From an uncultured Eubacteriales bacterium (GTDB lineage: Bacteria > Bacillota > Clostridia > Oscillospirales > Oscillospiraceae), in assembly GCA_900317375.1 (NCBI GenBank), contig ONGJ01000022.1, positions 1 through 32,000 on the forward strand: DNA of 32,000 nt, read 5' to 3'. How positions within the stretch are numbered: position 1 is the first letter of the stretch; each line of letters opens with the position of its first letter. Positions 24,261 through 32,000 of this stretch are shown piece by piece. The notes beneath the pieces were generated by a model. The model ran no database searches. It was not told where the DNA came from and saw only the letters and a list, made by a program, of their open reading frames with translations. A program made the translations under genes and the position numbers.

Positions 24261-25322
24261 ATGGAACAGGTTCTTGATCTTTTCCGGCTGAACGGCAGGC
24301 CGGTTTCCTGCGACCCCTACGGGGAAGGGCATATCAATCTGACCTTTCTTGCCGTCACCGATACGGGGAAGCGTTATATTCTCCAGCGGCTGAGCCGCGC
24401 CGCTTTCCATGACATCCCCGGTCTCATGGGGAACGTTGCCGCCGTGACGGAGTTTCTTGCTGCCCGAAGCCCGGACCCGCGCAGCTCGCTGCATCTGATC
24501 CCGACCCTGGACGGCAGATCCTTCTGCAGGGACAGCGAAGGGGAATTCTGGCGGGTCTATGATTTTGTGGAGGACAGTCTCTGTCTCCAGACGCCGGAAA
24601 CGCCGGAGGATTTTTATCAGAGCGCTGTCGCTTTCGGGCAGTTTCAGTGCCGGCTGCGGGATTTTCCGGCCGAGACACTCTGTGAGACGATACCGAATTT
24701 TCACAACACCCCCGACCGCTACCGGAAGTTTCATCTGGCCGTGGATGCGGATGCGGCCGGCCGCCTCTCCTCCGTCCTGCCGGAGGTCCGCTTCCTGCTG
24801 GAGCGGGAGGAAAAGGCCGGTACACTCCAGCGCCTGCGCGAGGGGGGTGAGCTTCCCGTCCGCGTCACCCACAACGACACCAAGCTTAACAACGTCATGC
24901 TGGACGCCGTTACCAGAAAAGCGCTCTGCGTCATCGATCTGGACACCGTGATGCCGGGCCTCGTCGCCTATGATTTCGGCGACTCCATCCGTTTCGGCGC
25001 TTCGACCGCGCCAGAGGATGAAAAGGACCTCAGCCGGGTAGAAATGAGTCTGGACCTCTATGAGACCTATGCCCGCGGTTTCATCCCCGCCTGCGGCGGG
25101 CTCACCGCGGCGGAGCTGGAGTCTCTCCCTCTCGGCGCATGGACCATGACGCTGGAGAACGGGCTGCGTTTTCTGACCGACTATCTGGAGGGCGATCACT
25201 ATTACCACATCACCCGTCCGGAGCATAATCTGGACCGTTGCCGTACCCAGCTGAAGCTTGTCTCGGACATGGAGCAGAAGTGGGACCCCATGACGGCGAT
25301 CATCCGCAGCTTTCAGCCTTAA
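24261..25322 (+). CDS. nahK: N-acetylhexosamine 1-kinase-like phosphotransferase (APH/NahK family)
   Basis: PYGEGHINLTF, RVTHNDTKLNNVMLD, IDLDTVMPG, DFGDSIRFGASTAPEDEKDLS and RFLTDYLEGD match my recollection of NahK/LnpB-type kinases. Start is ATG 24261 (MEQVLDLF). Confidence 0.7.
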   Translation: MEQVLDLFRLNGRPVSCDPYGEGHINLTFLAVTDTGKRYILQRLSRAAFHDIPGLMGNVAAVTEFLAARSPDPRSSLHLIPTLDGRSFCRDSEGEFWRVYDFVEDSLCLQTPETPEDFYQSAVAFGQFQCRLRDFPAETLCETIPNFHNTPDRYRKFHLAVDADAAGRLSSVLPEVRFLLEREEKAGTLQRLREGGELPVRVTHNDTKLNNVMLDAVTRKALCVIDLDTVMPGLVAYDFGDSIRFGASTAPEDEKDLSRVEMSLDLYETYARGFIPACGGLTAAELESLPLGAWTMTLENGLRFLTDYLEGDHYYHITRPEHNLDRCRTQLKLVSDMEQKWDPMTAIIRSFQP

Positions 25323-25356
25323 AAAAACCTATATAAACGCTAAAGGAGAGAACCCC

Positions 25357-26139
25357 ATGAGCGAGAACATCATCTATTGCTACAGCGGGGCGGGACACTG
25401 CCTGGACATGGCAAAAAGCATCGCCCGTAAGCTCGGCGATACCGATATTGTCATGATGCGCAGATTTCCTGCCAAAACGGATGCCACAGAGGCAAAGCGC
25501 GTCGGTTTCATCTTCTCCTGCATGGCCGGCGGCCTGCCCGGCGATGTGGAAGACTATGTCAGGGCTGTTCAGATCGCGCCCGATGCCTACCGCTTTGCCG
25601 TTGAGCAGTTTGCCGGCTATCTTGGCTGCGGTCTGCATAAGCTGGACGAGATTGTGCACCTGGACTATTGGACCGGAATCTCCAACCATTCCACGGCGAT
25701 CTGGCTCATGCCGCACAATCTGACCTTCCCGCCTACAACGCCGGAGACTGCGCAGGCCCGCATCGACAAAAAGGCAGCCGAAGTGGCCGCCCTGGTCCTT
25801 GCAGGGAGACGCAGTGAGAAGAGACCTCCCAAAGCGGCTGTCTTTGAGCTGATGAGCAAAGGCCTCAGCCAGACTCATGCTGACCGTGTGAAGACCTTTG
25901 CGGCAAACGAAACGTGCATCGGCTGCGGCACCTGTGTGCAGGTCTGTCCCCGGGGGAACATTCAGCTTGTCGGGAACAAACCCGAATTCGGGTCAAACTG
26001 CATCGGCTGTCTCAGCTGTGTCCAGTTCTGTCCGAAGCAGGCGATCAACATCGGCAAAATCACGGAAAAGCGCGAGCGCTTCCCAAACCCGCGGATCACG
26101 CCTGCCGAGCTGACAAAAGAGATCATCCACATCGACTGA
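25357..26139 (+). CDS. EFR1-family ferredoxin-like protein (flavodoxin-like N-terminus + 2x[4Fe-4S] motif)
   Basis: SD aaaggag. CIGCGTCVQVCP and CIGCLSCVQFCP. Confidence 0.75.
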   Translation: MSENIIYCYSGAGHCLDMAKSIARKLGDTDIVMMRRFPAKTDATEAKRVGFIFSCMAGGLPGDVEDYVRAVQIAPDAYRFAVEQFAGYLGCGLHKLDEIVHLDYWTGISNHSTAIWLMPHNLTFPPTTPETAQARIDKKAAEVAALVLAGRRSEKRPPKAAVFELMSKGLSQTHADRVKTFAANETCIGCGTCVQVCPRGNIQLVGNKPEFGSNCIGCLSCVQFCPKQAINIGKITEKRERFPNPRITPAELTKEIIHID

Positions 26140-26175
26140 CAGAAAAGTCAGCAGAACACAGCGTCTTCATCCCGG

Positions 26176-26204
26176 TTGATCCGTACATCATTTTGTGTTA
26201 TAAT
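26176..26204 (+). promoter_or_regulatory. Strong extended -10 promoter of the NhaC-like gene
   Basis: TTGATC (26176-26181), 17 nt spacer, TGtTATAAT (-10 at 26199-26204). Confidence 0.6.
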
Positions 26205-26238
26205 CCCCCGGCATTCACAATGTCGGAGGATTATTTTT

Positions 26239-27555
26239 ATGAAAAAAGGAAACCCCGCTGCGCTTCTTCCCATCGGGATCTTTCTGGTTCTGTATCTCGG
26301 TCTGGGTATCCTGTTTGAGTACGTTCTGAAAATCCCGATGGGCTTCTATAACATCCCGATCGTGGTCATTTTCCTGATTGCGCTGCTGGCCGCCTGTCTG
26401 CAGAACCGGGCGCTTTCGTTTGATGAAAAGCTCGGTATCATGGGCAAGGGAATCGGCGACAGGAACATCGTGACGATGATCCTCATCTTCATGGAGGCGG
26501 GTATTTTTGTCGGTGTGGTAGGCCGCAGCAGTGCTGAGAGCGTGGCTTATTTCACGCTCTCCGTGATCCCGGCCCGGTATGCCGTGGTCGTGCTGTTCGC
26601 GGTCAGCTGCTTTGTCTCGCTCGCGATGGGTACCTCGGTCGGCACGATCACGCTGATCAGTCCGATTGCCGTCGCGGTGTCTGAGGCATCGGGCTTCAAT
26701 CTGCCGCTCTGTATCGCATCGGTCATCGGCGGCGCCATGTTCGGGGACAACCTGTCCTTCATCTCGGACACAACCATCGCCGCCTGCAACGGACAGGGCT
26801 GTGACATGAAGGACAAGTTCCGTGAAAACTTTGCCATCGCGCTGCCGGCAGCCCTGCTGACGCTGGTCCTGATTCTGATTCTGTCTCTGCGCAGCAGCAT
26901 GGGAGAAATCACGCTCAAGCCCTATAATCTGGTCCAGACCATCCCCTACATTCTGGTTCTGATCGGCGGGATAATCGGCATCAATGTCTTTATTGTGCTG
27001 CTGATCGGCATTCTGTCCGGGGCTGTGATCATGCTGGTTACGGGTGCCATGCCGGCGACCGCGCTTCTGAGCAGCATGGGCGCCGGTGCCGCCGGGATGT
27101 TTGAGACCACAATGGTTGCGATCCTCGTCTCGGCTATCTGCGCCCTGATCCGGGTCAACGGCGGATTTGACGCGCTGCTTGGCTGGATCTACCGCGCCTT
27201 TCGCGGCCGAAAGGGAGGACAGCTCGGCATGGGCCTGCTGGTCGGCGCCATGGATATCGCCACCGCGAACAACACGGTCGCCATTGTCATGGCCAATCCC
27301 ATTGCGGCTGACATGGCAGAGAACTATGGCATCTCTCATCGGAAAACGGCGTCCCTGCTGGATACCTTCTCCTGTGTATTTCAGGGGATCATCCCCTACG
27401 GCGCCCAGATGCTGGTCGCCATTTCCGCCTGCGAGGAGCTGGGCAAACAGATTACGGCCTTTCAGATCATTCCGAATCTGTTCTACCCCTTCCTGCTGCT
27501 GGTCAGCTCGCTCGTGTTCATCTTCCTGATCCCGGAGCGAAAGAACAAAAAGTAA
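26239..27555 (+). CDS. Na+/H+ antiporter NhaC-family membrane protein
   Basis: SD ggagga upstream of ATG 26239 (MKKGNPAALL). About 11-12 TM segments over 438 aa. The family call is by overall resemblance only. Confidence 0.7.
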   Translation: MKKGNPAALLPIGIFLVLYLGLGILFEYVLKIPMGFYNIPIVVIFLIALLAACLQNRALSFDEKLGIMGKGIGDRNIVTMILIFMEAGIFVGVVGRSSAESVAYFTLSVIPARYAVVVLFAVSCFVSLAMGTSVGTITLISPIAVAVSEASGFNLPLCIASVIGGAMFGDNLSFISDTTIAACNGQGCDMKDKFRENFAIALPAALLTLVLILILSLRSSMGEITLKPYNLVQTIPYILVLIGGIIGINVFIVLLIGILSGAVIMLVTGAMPATALLSSMGAGAAGMFETTMVAILVSAICALIRVNGGFDALLGWIYRAFRGRKGGQLGMGLLVGAMDIATANNTVAIVMANPIAADMAENYGISHRKTASLLDTFSCVFQGIIPYGAQMLVAISACEELGKQITAFQIIPNLFYPFLLLVSSLVFIFLIPERKNKK

Positions 27556-27565
27556 AGCGCAGAAG

Positions 27566-27607
27566 GACGGCTCTCTGATTTTTCACACAGAGAGCCGTCT
27601 TTTTCTT
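27566..27607 (+). terminator. Rho-independent terminator
   Basis: gacggctctctg / cagagagccgtc 12-bp stem followed by tttttcttcc. Confidence 0.75.
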
Positions 27608-27622
27608 CCGGTTTTACCCGGA

Positions 27623-29215
27623 TTATCCTTTCACACCGCCGGAGGTAAGGCCCGCGGTGAGATGCTTCTCGATGCTCATGAACAGGATGACCACCGGGAT
27701 CGTTGCCAGCAGGGAGGCTGCAAACATATACTGCCACTCGATCATATTGAAGGAACTGAACTGCGTGATACCCACGGTGATCGGCCGGTTCTGCGCGGTG
27801 GATATGAGGACCGTGGCTATCGTGTATTCATTCCAGGCATTGATGAACACAAAAATCAGCGCGGTTACAATGCCCGGGGCCGAAACCGGCAGCAGGACCT
27901 TCAGCAGCGCCCCGACGGTTCCGCAGCCGTCGATCATCGCGGCCTGCTCCATCTCGGACGAGATGGACACAAAGGTTCCGCGCAGCAGCCAGATCGCAAA
28001 GGCCTGGTTGAAGGCCGCGTTGATGAGCATGAGGCCCCAGAGGGTGTTGTTCAGGTGCAGGGTGTTCATCAGCTGCGAAATACCGATCAGCAGGACCACC
28101 GGCGAGAACATCTGGCTCATGATGACAAAGCCCAGAAAGGCTTTCTTTCCCACGAAGTTCATCCGCGCCATGGCATAGGCCGCCGGGATTCCGCAGAGCA
28201 TGGCCAGCGCCGTTGCCCCGCCGGCCACAAACAGCGAATTCAGCAGATACCGCGGCACGCCGCGCTGCACAATGTCCGTCAGGTTGCTCCACAGCCATTT
28301 CGTCGGGGTCATATGCAGGAAATACATATCCAGCGTCTCGGCATTCGAGCGGAATGCCGTGATCGTCATCACATAGTAGGGGTACAGCGTGATGAGGCAG
28401 ACGATGACCACAAACACATACAGCGCCCCGCGGAGCAGACCGCTTTTGATCTCCCCGTGCCGCAGAGAAATTGCCGCGACAAAAGACACAAACAGCGTCA
28501 GCATCATCAGCCACAGCATCGGCGAGTGGTTGATTTTCAGCCCGGCAAGGGCCTCTTCGGCATTTTCGCCCATCTGTCCGTCAAAGAAGAAGCGGTCCAG
28601 CCTTGCAAAGAAGATGTCCTTCCCCTCCGTGATCAGCCCCGCGCTGTACAGCGAGAGCCTCCGGAAAAAGAAGACGTTGTTCATCAGGATGAAGACCGGC
28701 ACCAGCAGCAAAGCCAGAACCAGGGCTGCGATCGCGCCGCTGCGCAGCCTTGCCGTCCGCTTGTCCAGATAGCGCGGCAAAAGATCGTCCGTTCCTTTCA
28801 GACCTGCAAGTTCCAGGATCAGCGCCAGCAGCATCAGCACCAGCATCGCCGCCAGTACCGTTGAAGAGGGAAAGCCCTTTCCCAGGAAGGAAAAAAGATT
28901 CCTGCTGTAGCGCTGCGCAACCGTGAAGGTGACCAGGGACGTCGTCTTTCCCTTCGAGTTGACGCGCTCCAGCACGCTCTCCTGAATCTCCACATCAAAG
29001 CCCTGTGCGCGGTAATCCTCCGCCACCTCCTCGACCTCGGCCCTCACGGTCTGATACTTCTCATCGCCGACGAAGGTGTTCGCCGATTTTTTGGTATAGA
29101 TGCCGATGTCAAAGCTGTAAAGCGGCAGACTCATCAGGATCAGCGTGAGGATCAGCCCCGCAAGAAACAGAATCAGCATTTTCCGGTTCTGCTGTTTTAC
29201 CTCCGGAAATCTCAC
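27623..29215 (-). CDS. Carbohydrate ABC transporter permease (MalG-like core) with ~270-aa N-terminal multi-TM extension
   Basis: GTG 29215 overlaps the upstream stop (GTGA), SD aaggagg. The C-terminal ~260 aa are a typical permease. The N-terminal region has extra TM segments and a soluble loop. Confidence 0.85.
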   Translation of the reverse strand: MRFPEVKQQNRKMLILFLAGLILTLILMSLPLYSFDIGIYTKKSANTFVGDEKYQTVRAEVEEVAEDYRAQGFDVEIQESVLERVNSKGKTTSLVTFTVAQRYSRNLFSFLGKGFPSSTVLAAMLVLMLLALILELAGLKGTDDLLPRYLDKRTARLRSGAIAALVLALLLVPVFILMNNVFFFRRLSLYSAGLITEGKDIFFARLDRFFFDGQMGENAEEALAGLKINHSPMLWLMMLTLFVSFVAAISLRHGEIKSGLLRGALYVFVVIVCLITLYPYYVMTITAFRSNAETLDMYFLHMTPTKWLWSNLTDIVQRGVPRYLLNSLFVAGGATALAMLCGIPAAYAMARMNFVGKKAFLGFVIMSQMFSPVVLLIGISQLMNTLHLNNTLWGLMLINAAFNQAFAIWLLRGTFVSISSEMEQAAMIDGCGTVGALLKVLLPVSAPGIVTALIFVFINAWNEYTIATVLISTAQNRPITVGITQFSSFNMIEWQYMFAASLLATIPVVILFMSIEKHLTAGLTSGGVKG

Positions 29216-30099
29216 AGCTGTTCCTCCTTTCTCATCACCGAGATCATATAGATGCCGGCACAGAGGCAGAGGATCAGAAAACCGATCACCGACAGCGCGG
29301 TCGCCGGCCCTTTCTTCCGCTCATAGAAGGACAGCATGTAGAGATACGTGATCATCGTATCCGTCTTGTGGGCCGGGGCGCCCTTGGTCATGGTATAGAC
29401 GATGGGGAAGGAATTGAACACATAGATGATGTTCAGCACCGTGCTCACCGTGAGCGACGGTTTTACCATCGGCAGCGTGACATGGCGCAGCTTATCCCAG
29501 AAACCGGCCCCGTCCATGATGGCCGCCTCGTAGAGCGAGTCGTCGATCGACTGCAGCCCCGAAAGCACGCAGAAGGTGACAAAGGGGACCGTGACGAAAA
29601 TACCGACCCAGCACTCCCAGACAAACTCGATCTGATAGCTCGAACGCCAGTTGATCGCCTGCTGGATGATGCCGAGGTTCAGCAGCACGTTGTTCAGATT
29701 GCCGTATTCATACTTGATGATATAGTTCCATACCGAGGCCTGGATGACCAGCGAGGTCGCCCAGGGAAAGACCAGGATGGACCTGGCGATCTTCCGCCCG
29801 CGGAATTTCTGATTCAGCACCATGGCGATGATGAAGCCGAGAACCGTGGAAAGGACGACGACCGACAGCACCCACCAGAGGGTGTTCAGCATCACGGTTT
29901 TAAAGGCGGGCAGATGCACCGCCTCGACATAGTTGTCAAAGCCCACAAAGCCGCCGATCACGCCGGCCTTGGAAATTTCGCTGAAAGAGAGCTTGAAGAC
30001 GATCAGGATCGGGAAAACAACAAAGATCGAGATCAGCAAAAGGCTGGGAAGCAGCCAGATATAGGGCTCCCACTTGGTTCTGTTCAGCCCGGTGTTCAT
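29212..30099 (-). CDS. Carbohydrate ABC transporter permease (MalF-like)
   Basis: SD aggagg. Six TM segments. Permease-type loop SIDDSLYEAAIMDGAGFWDKLRHVTLP (EAA motif). Confidence 0.9.
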   Translation of the reverse strand: MNTGLNRTKWEPYIWLLPSLLLISIFVVFPILIVFKLSFSEISKAGVIGGFVGFDNYVEAVHLPAFKTVMLNTLWWVLSVVVLSTVLGFIIAMVLNQKFRGRKIARSILVFPWATSLVIQASVWNYIIKYEYGNLNNVLLNLGIIQQAINWRSSYQIEFVWECWVGIFVTVPFVTFCVLSGLQSIDDSLYEAAIMDGAGFWDKLRHVTLPMVKPSLTVSTVLNIIYVFNSFPIVYTMTKGAPAHKTDTMITYLYMLSFYERKKGPATALSVIGFLILCLCAGIYMISVMRKEEQL

Positions 30100-30142
30100 T
30101 GCGGTACCTCCTGTCAGAAGGGATACGTCACTGAAGAGAATC

Positions 30143-30171
30143 GGGGCCGGCTGACCAGATCAGCCGGCCCC
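30143..30171 (-). terminator. Intercistronic GC-rich hairpin after the SBP gene (attenuator or partial terminator)
   Basis: ggggccggctg / cagccggcccc 11-bp stem. No strong T-tract. Confidence 0.4.
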
Positions 30172-30206
30172 GGGATTTGCAAGGGTATGAAAATGCTGAA
30201 ATTCTG

Positions 30207-31469
30207 TTATTTCGTGAGTTCAGCCTGCAGCGCATCCAGCTCGGCCTGTACATCTGCGCCGGTCAGGGCGTTCTGCTCAGCCGCGATGACACCCTGCTTG
30301 ACCTGATCCCATTCCGCCTTGGCGGCAGGATAGAACTGGCAGCCGCCCAGGACGTCCAGCCAGGCCTCAAAGCTCGGGTCTGCCTTCACAAGAGCCTCAA
30401 CCGCGGAGTTCACGGCGGGCAGGAAGCCTTCCATGCTGACCCAGCCGACATAGTTCTCGGGATCATAGAAGAACTTGAGGAACTTGCCGATGGCTTCATT
30501 GCGGGCTTCCTGATCGGGAGCAGCCTCATCCTTGAAGGCCATGACGCGGTCCATGACGCCGACAGAGGAAGAGGTCTTGCCTTCGTTGGCGGGCAGGCCT
30601 GCCGTCGCCATGTTGATCTCGCCGCCCTTGTCCGCAACATAGGTCGGGAGCTGGTTCGGCGCAATCAGCATGGCCAGCTTGCCGGCCGCGAACATATCCT
30701 GCAGATCGTAACGGGTCTGGGTTGCCGGGTTCGGGTTGGTATAGCCGTCCTCGATGAGGCTGATCGCATACTCGATGGCCTCAACGTTCTCGGGGGAGTT
30801 GACAGCCCATTCGCCCTTTTCGTCAACAAAGCCGCCGCCGTTGCCCCAGGTGTAGTAGGCAAAGGCCGCCTGGCCTTCATCGGTGGTCATGTCAATGCCC
30901 CAGGGATAAATCTCGCCGTCATAGAAGTCGATGATCGCCTGAGAGACGTCCTGCAGCTCCGCCCAGGTGGTGGGCACTTCAACGCCGACTTCCTTGAGGA
31001 TGTCAACATTGTAGAACAGGGCACGGGCAGAGGCCAGGTCGGGAACCGCCCAAACGGTGTCGTCAATCACAGACTGCTCAATAAAGGAGGGGAAGAAATC
31101 CTCAAACAGGTCGTCCGGGCAATAGTCCTTCACCGGCATCAGAAGACCTTCATTGGCATAGTTGGCAAAGACGTCGATGTTCAGGATGTCAGGGGCATTG
31201 TTGTTGGCAATGCGGGTGTCGACCTCGGTGTAGACATCGTTCCAGGAAACAACGTCCAGGTTGAGCTTGATGCCCGGGTTGGCCGCCTCGAACTTCTCAA
31301 CGAAGTTGGAGCCGTCCATGCCCTTGCCCAGGAACCAGTCATTGGTGTTGGGGCCGTACTGGCAGATAATGACATCCAGCGTGATCTCATCGTCGGCCGC
31401 GAACGCCGCGGGAACCATGCATACCATGAGCGCGACGATCAGGAAGAGTGCAAAGATCTTTTTCTTCAT
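30207..31469 (-). CDS. ABC transporter extracellular solute-binding protein (family 1, sugar type)
   Basis: SD aaaggag. Signal peptide MKKKIFALFLIVALMVCMVPAAFA. 420 aa, located upstream of two permease genes. Confidence 0.9.
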   Translation of the reverse strand: MKKKIFALFLIVALMVCMVPAAFAADDEITLDVIICQYGPNTNDWFLGKGMDGSNFVEKFEAANPGIKLNLDVVSWNDVYTEVDTRIANNNAPDILNIDVFANYANEGLLMPVKDYCPDDLFEDFFPSFIEQSVIDDTVWAVPDLASARALFYNVDILKEVGVEVPTTWAELQDVSQAIIDFYDGEIYPWGIDMTTDEGQAAFAYYTWGNGGGFVDEKGEWAVNSPENVEAIEYAISLIEDGYTNPNPATQTRYDLQDMFAAGKLAMLIAPNQLPTYVADKGGEINMATAGLPANEGKTSSSVGVMDRVMAFKDEAAPDQEARNEAIGKFLKFFYDPENYVGWVSMEGFLPAVNSAVEALVKADPSFEAWLDVLGGCQFYPAAKAEWDQVKQGVIAAEQNALTGADVQAELDALQAELTK

Positions 31470-31530
31470 ACTGTTTTCTCCTTTTCCATTTTTACAGTTT
31501 TGCCGGTTTTATCCCGACAAGTCTGCGTGT

Positions 31531-31559
31531 ATTATATCGCTTTGAAAAAAATTTGTCAA
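31531..31559 (-). promoter_or_regulatory. Consensus sigma-70-type promoter of the ABC operon
   Basis: Minus strand reads TTGACA (31554-31559), 17 nt spacer, TATAAT (31531-31536). The -35 lies in one arm of a 10-bp inverted repeat (31551-31560 / 31589-31598). Confidence 0.65.
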
Positions 31560-31678
31560 ACGGGATCGGGTTTTTCGGAGCCGGTGTTTTTGACAAATAC
31601 CGGAAGGCATTTTTGTACATTATGATCAGGAAGCTCTGTGGAGCCTCCTGCCGCTGAACGAAACAGGAAGCGGGGCAT

Positions 31679-32000
31679 TCAGCTCCCGCTTCCCGTGTAG
31701 TATTCATAAAAGACCGGCTGGTTTTCCGTGAGGCCGGAAAGGATCTCTACGTTTTCCCCGTCCGAAAGTCCCGTCGTCACCGCCAGCTCCAGCGCTGGCT
31801 TTCCCGTCTTGCCGTCGAGCGCCGTATAGACATAGCTTGTACTGCCTCGGTCATAGATCGCCGCCGCCGGCAGAATCAGGGCGGATTTGCTGCCGCCGTG
31901 GACGACCACCGAGGCGTTCATGCCGTCCAGCATATCCGGGGCGCGGTCCAGCTGCAGCCTGACCTGAAACTTGCTGTTCCCCCCGCTGTTTTCGCCGAGC
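31679..32000 (-). CDS. HlyD/efflux periplasmic adaptor-like protein, C-terminal part (5' end outside the window)
   Basis: The frame stays open to the window edge (...GENSGGNSKFQVRLQLDRAPDMLDGMNASVVVHG...). Beta-rich C-terminal pattern LSDGENVEILSGLTENQPV. The family call is tentative. Confidence 0.6.
   Translation of the reverse strand, partial: LGENSGGNSKFQVRLQLDRAPDMLDGMNASVVVHGGSKSALILPAAAIYDRGSTSYVYTALDGKTGKPALELAVTTGLSDGENVEILSGLTENQPVFYEYYTGSGS

Noticed and set aside
15755-31625. Very long ORFs antisense to or overlapping the called genes in the GC-rich half (15755..17053, 17646..19691, 21775..22884, 24240..25226, 26215..27339, 27662..28864, 29368..30306, 30177..31625 and many shorter ones).
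   Set aside because: They are shadow ORFs typical of GC-rich coding DNA. Their translations are Arg/Gly/Pro/His-rich and low in complexity, and they lack SD sequences. The opposite strand encodes proteins with clear family motifs.

Overview
The window has two compositional domains. (A) 1 to ~13.3 kb is AT-rich accessory DNA (hand-counted 60-nt lines ~38% GC). It holds two large BspA-type leucine-rich-repeat (LRR) surface-protein genes: the first runs off the 5' edge, the second has a frameshifted C-terminus. Between them lies a stretch of decayed gene remnants. After them comes a ~7 kb putative integrative element. Its content is a FimB-sized tyrosine recombinase, a SprT-like metalloprotease, a coiled-coil protein, and an RHH regulator behind three perfect palindromic operators. 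It also carries an operon (154-aa unknown + SF2 helicase + GIY-YIG nuclease + small ORF), two paralogous 179-aa unknowns, two ~53-bp repeats and a phased 10-bp tandem-repeat array. The block ends at a tRNA-Lys(UUU) 3'-half remnant. (B) ~13.4 to 32 kb is GC-rich (~57% in sampled lines), Clostridia-like chromosome. It encodes an orphan phage holin, a disrupted DUF362 gene, a degenerate-GGDEF/EAL protein and an HD-GYP membrane protein. It also encodes two clostripain-like C11 peptidases with a co-transcribed secreted protein, a NahK-like kinase, an EFR1-type ferredoxin and an NhaC antiporter. The window ends with a sugar ABC transporter (SBP + 2 permeases, no ATPase) and a partial HlyD-like adaptor. 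The most unusual signal is in the helicase. Its frame is intact over 395 codons with all SF2 motifs in order, but it is interrupted four times, always by TAG and never by TAA, TGA or a frameshift. A small ORF in the same operon carries a fifth in-frame TAG. This fits either suppressor- or recoding-dependent expression of a helicase-nuclease module, or a very young pseudogene. All calls come from reading the sequence and ORF track; no database search was run.
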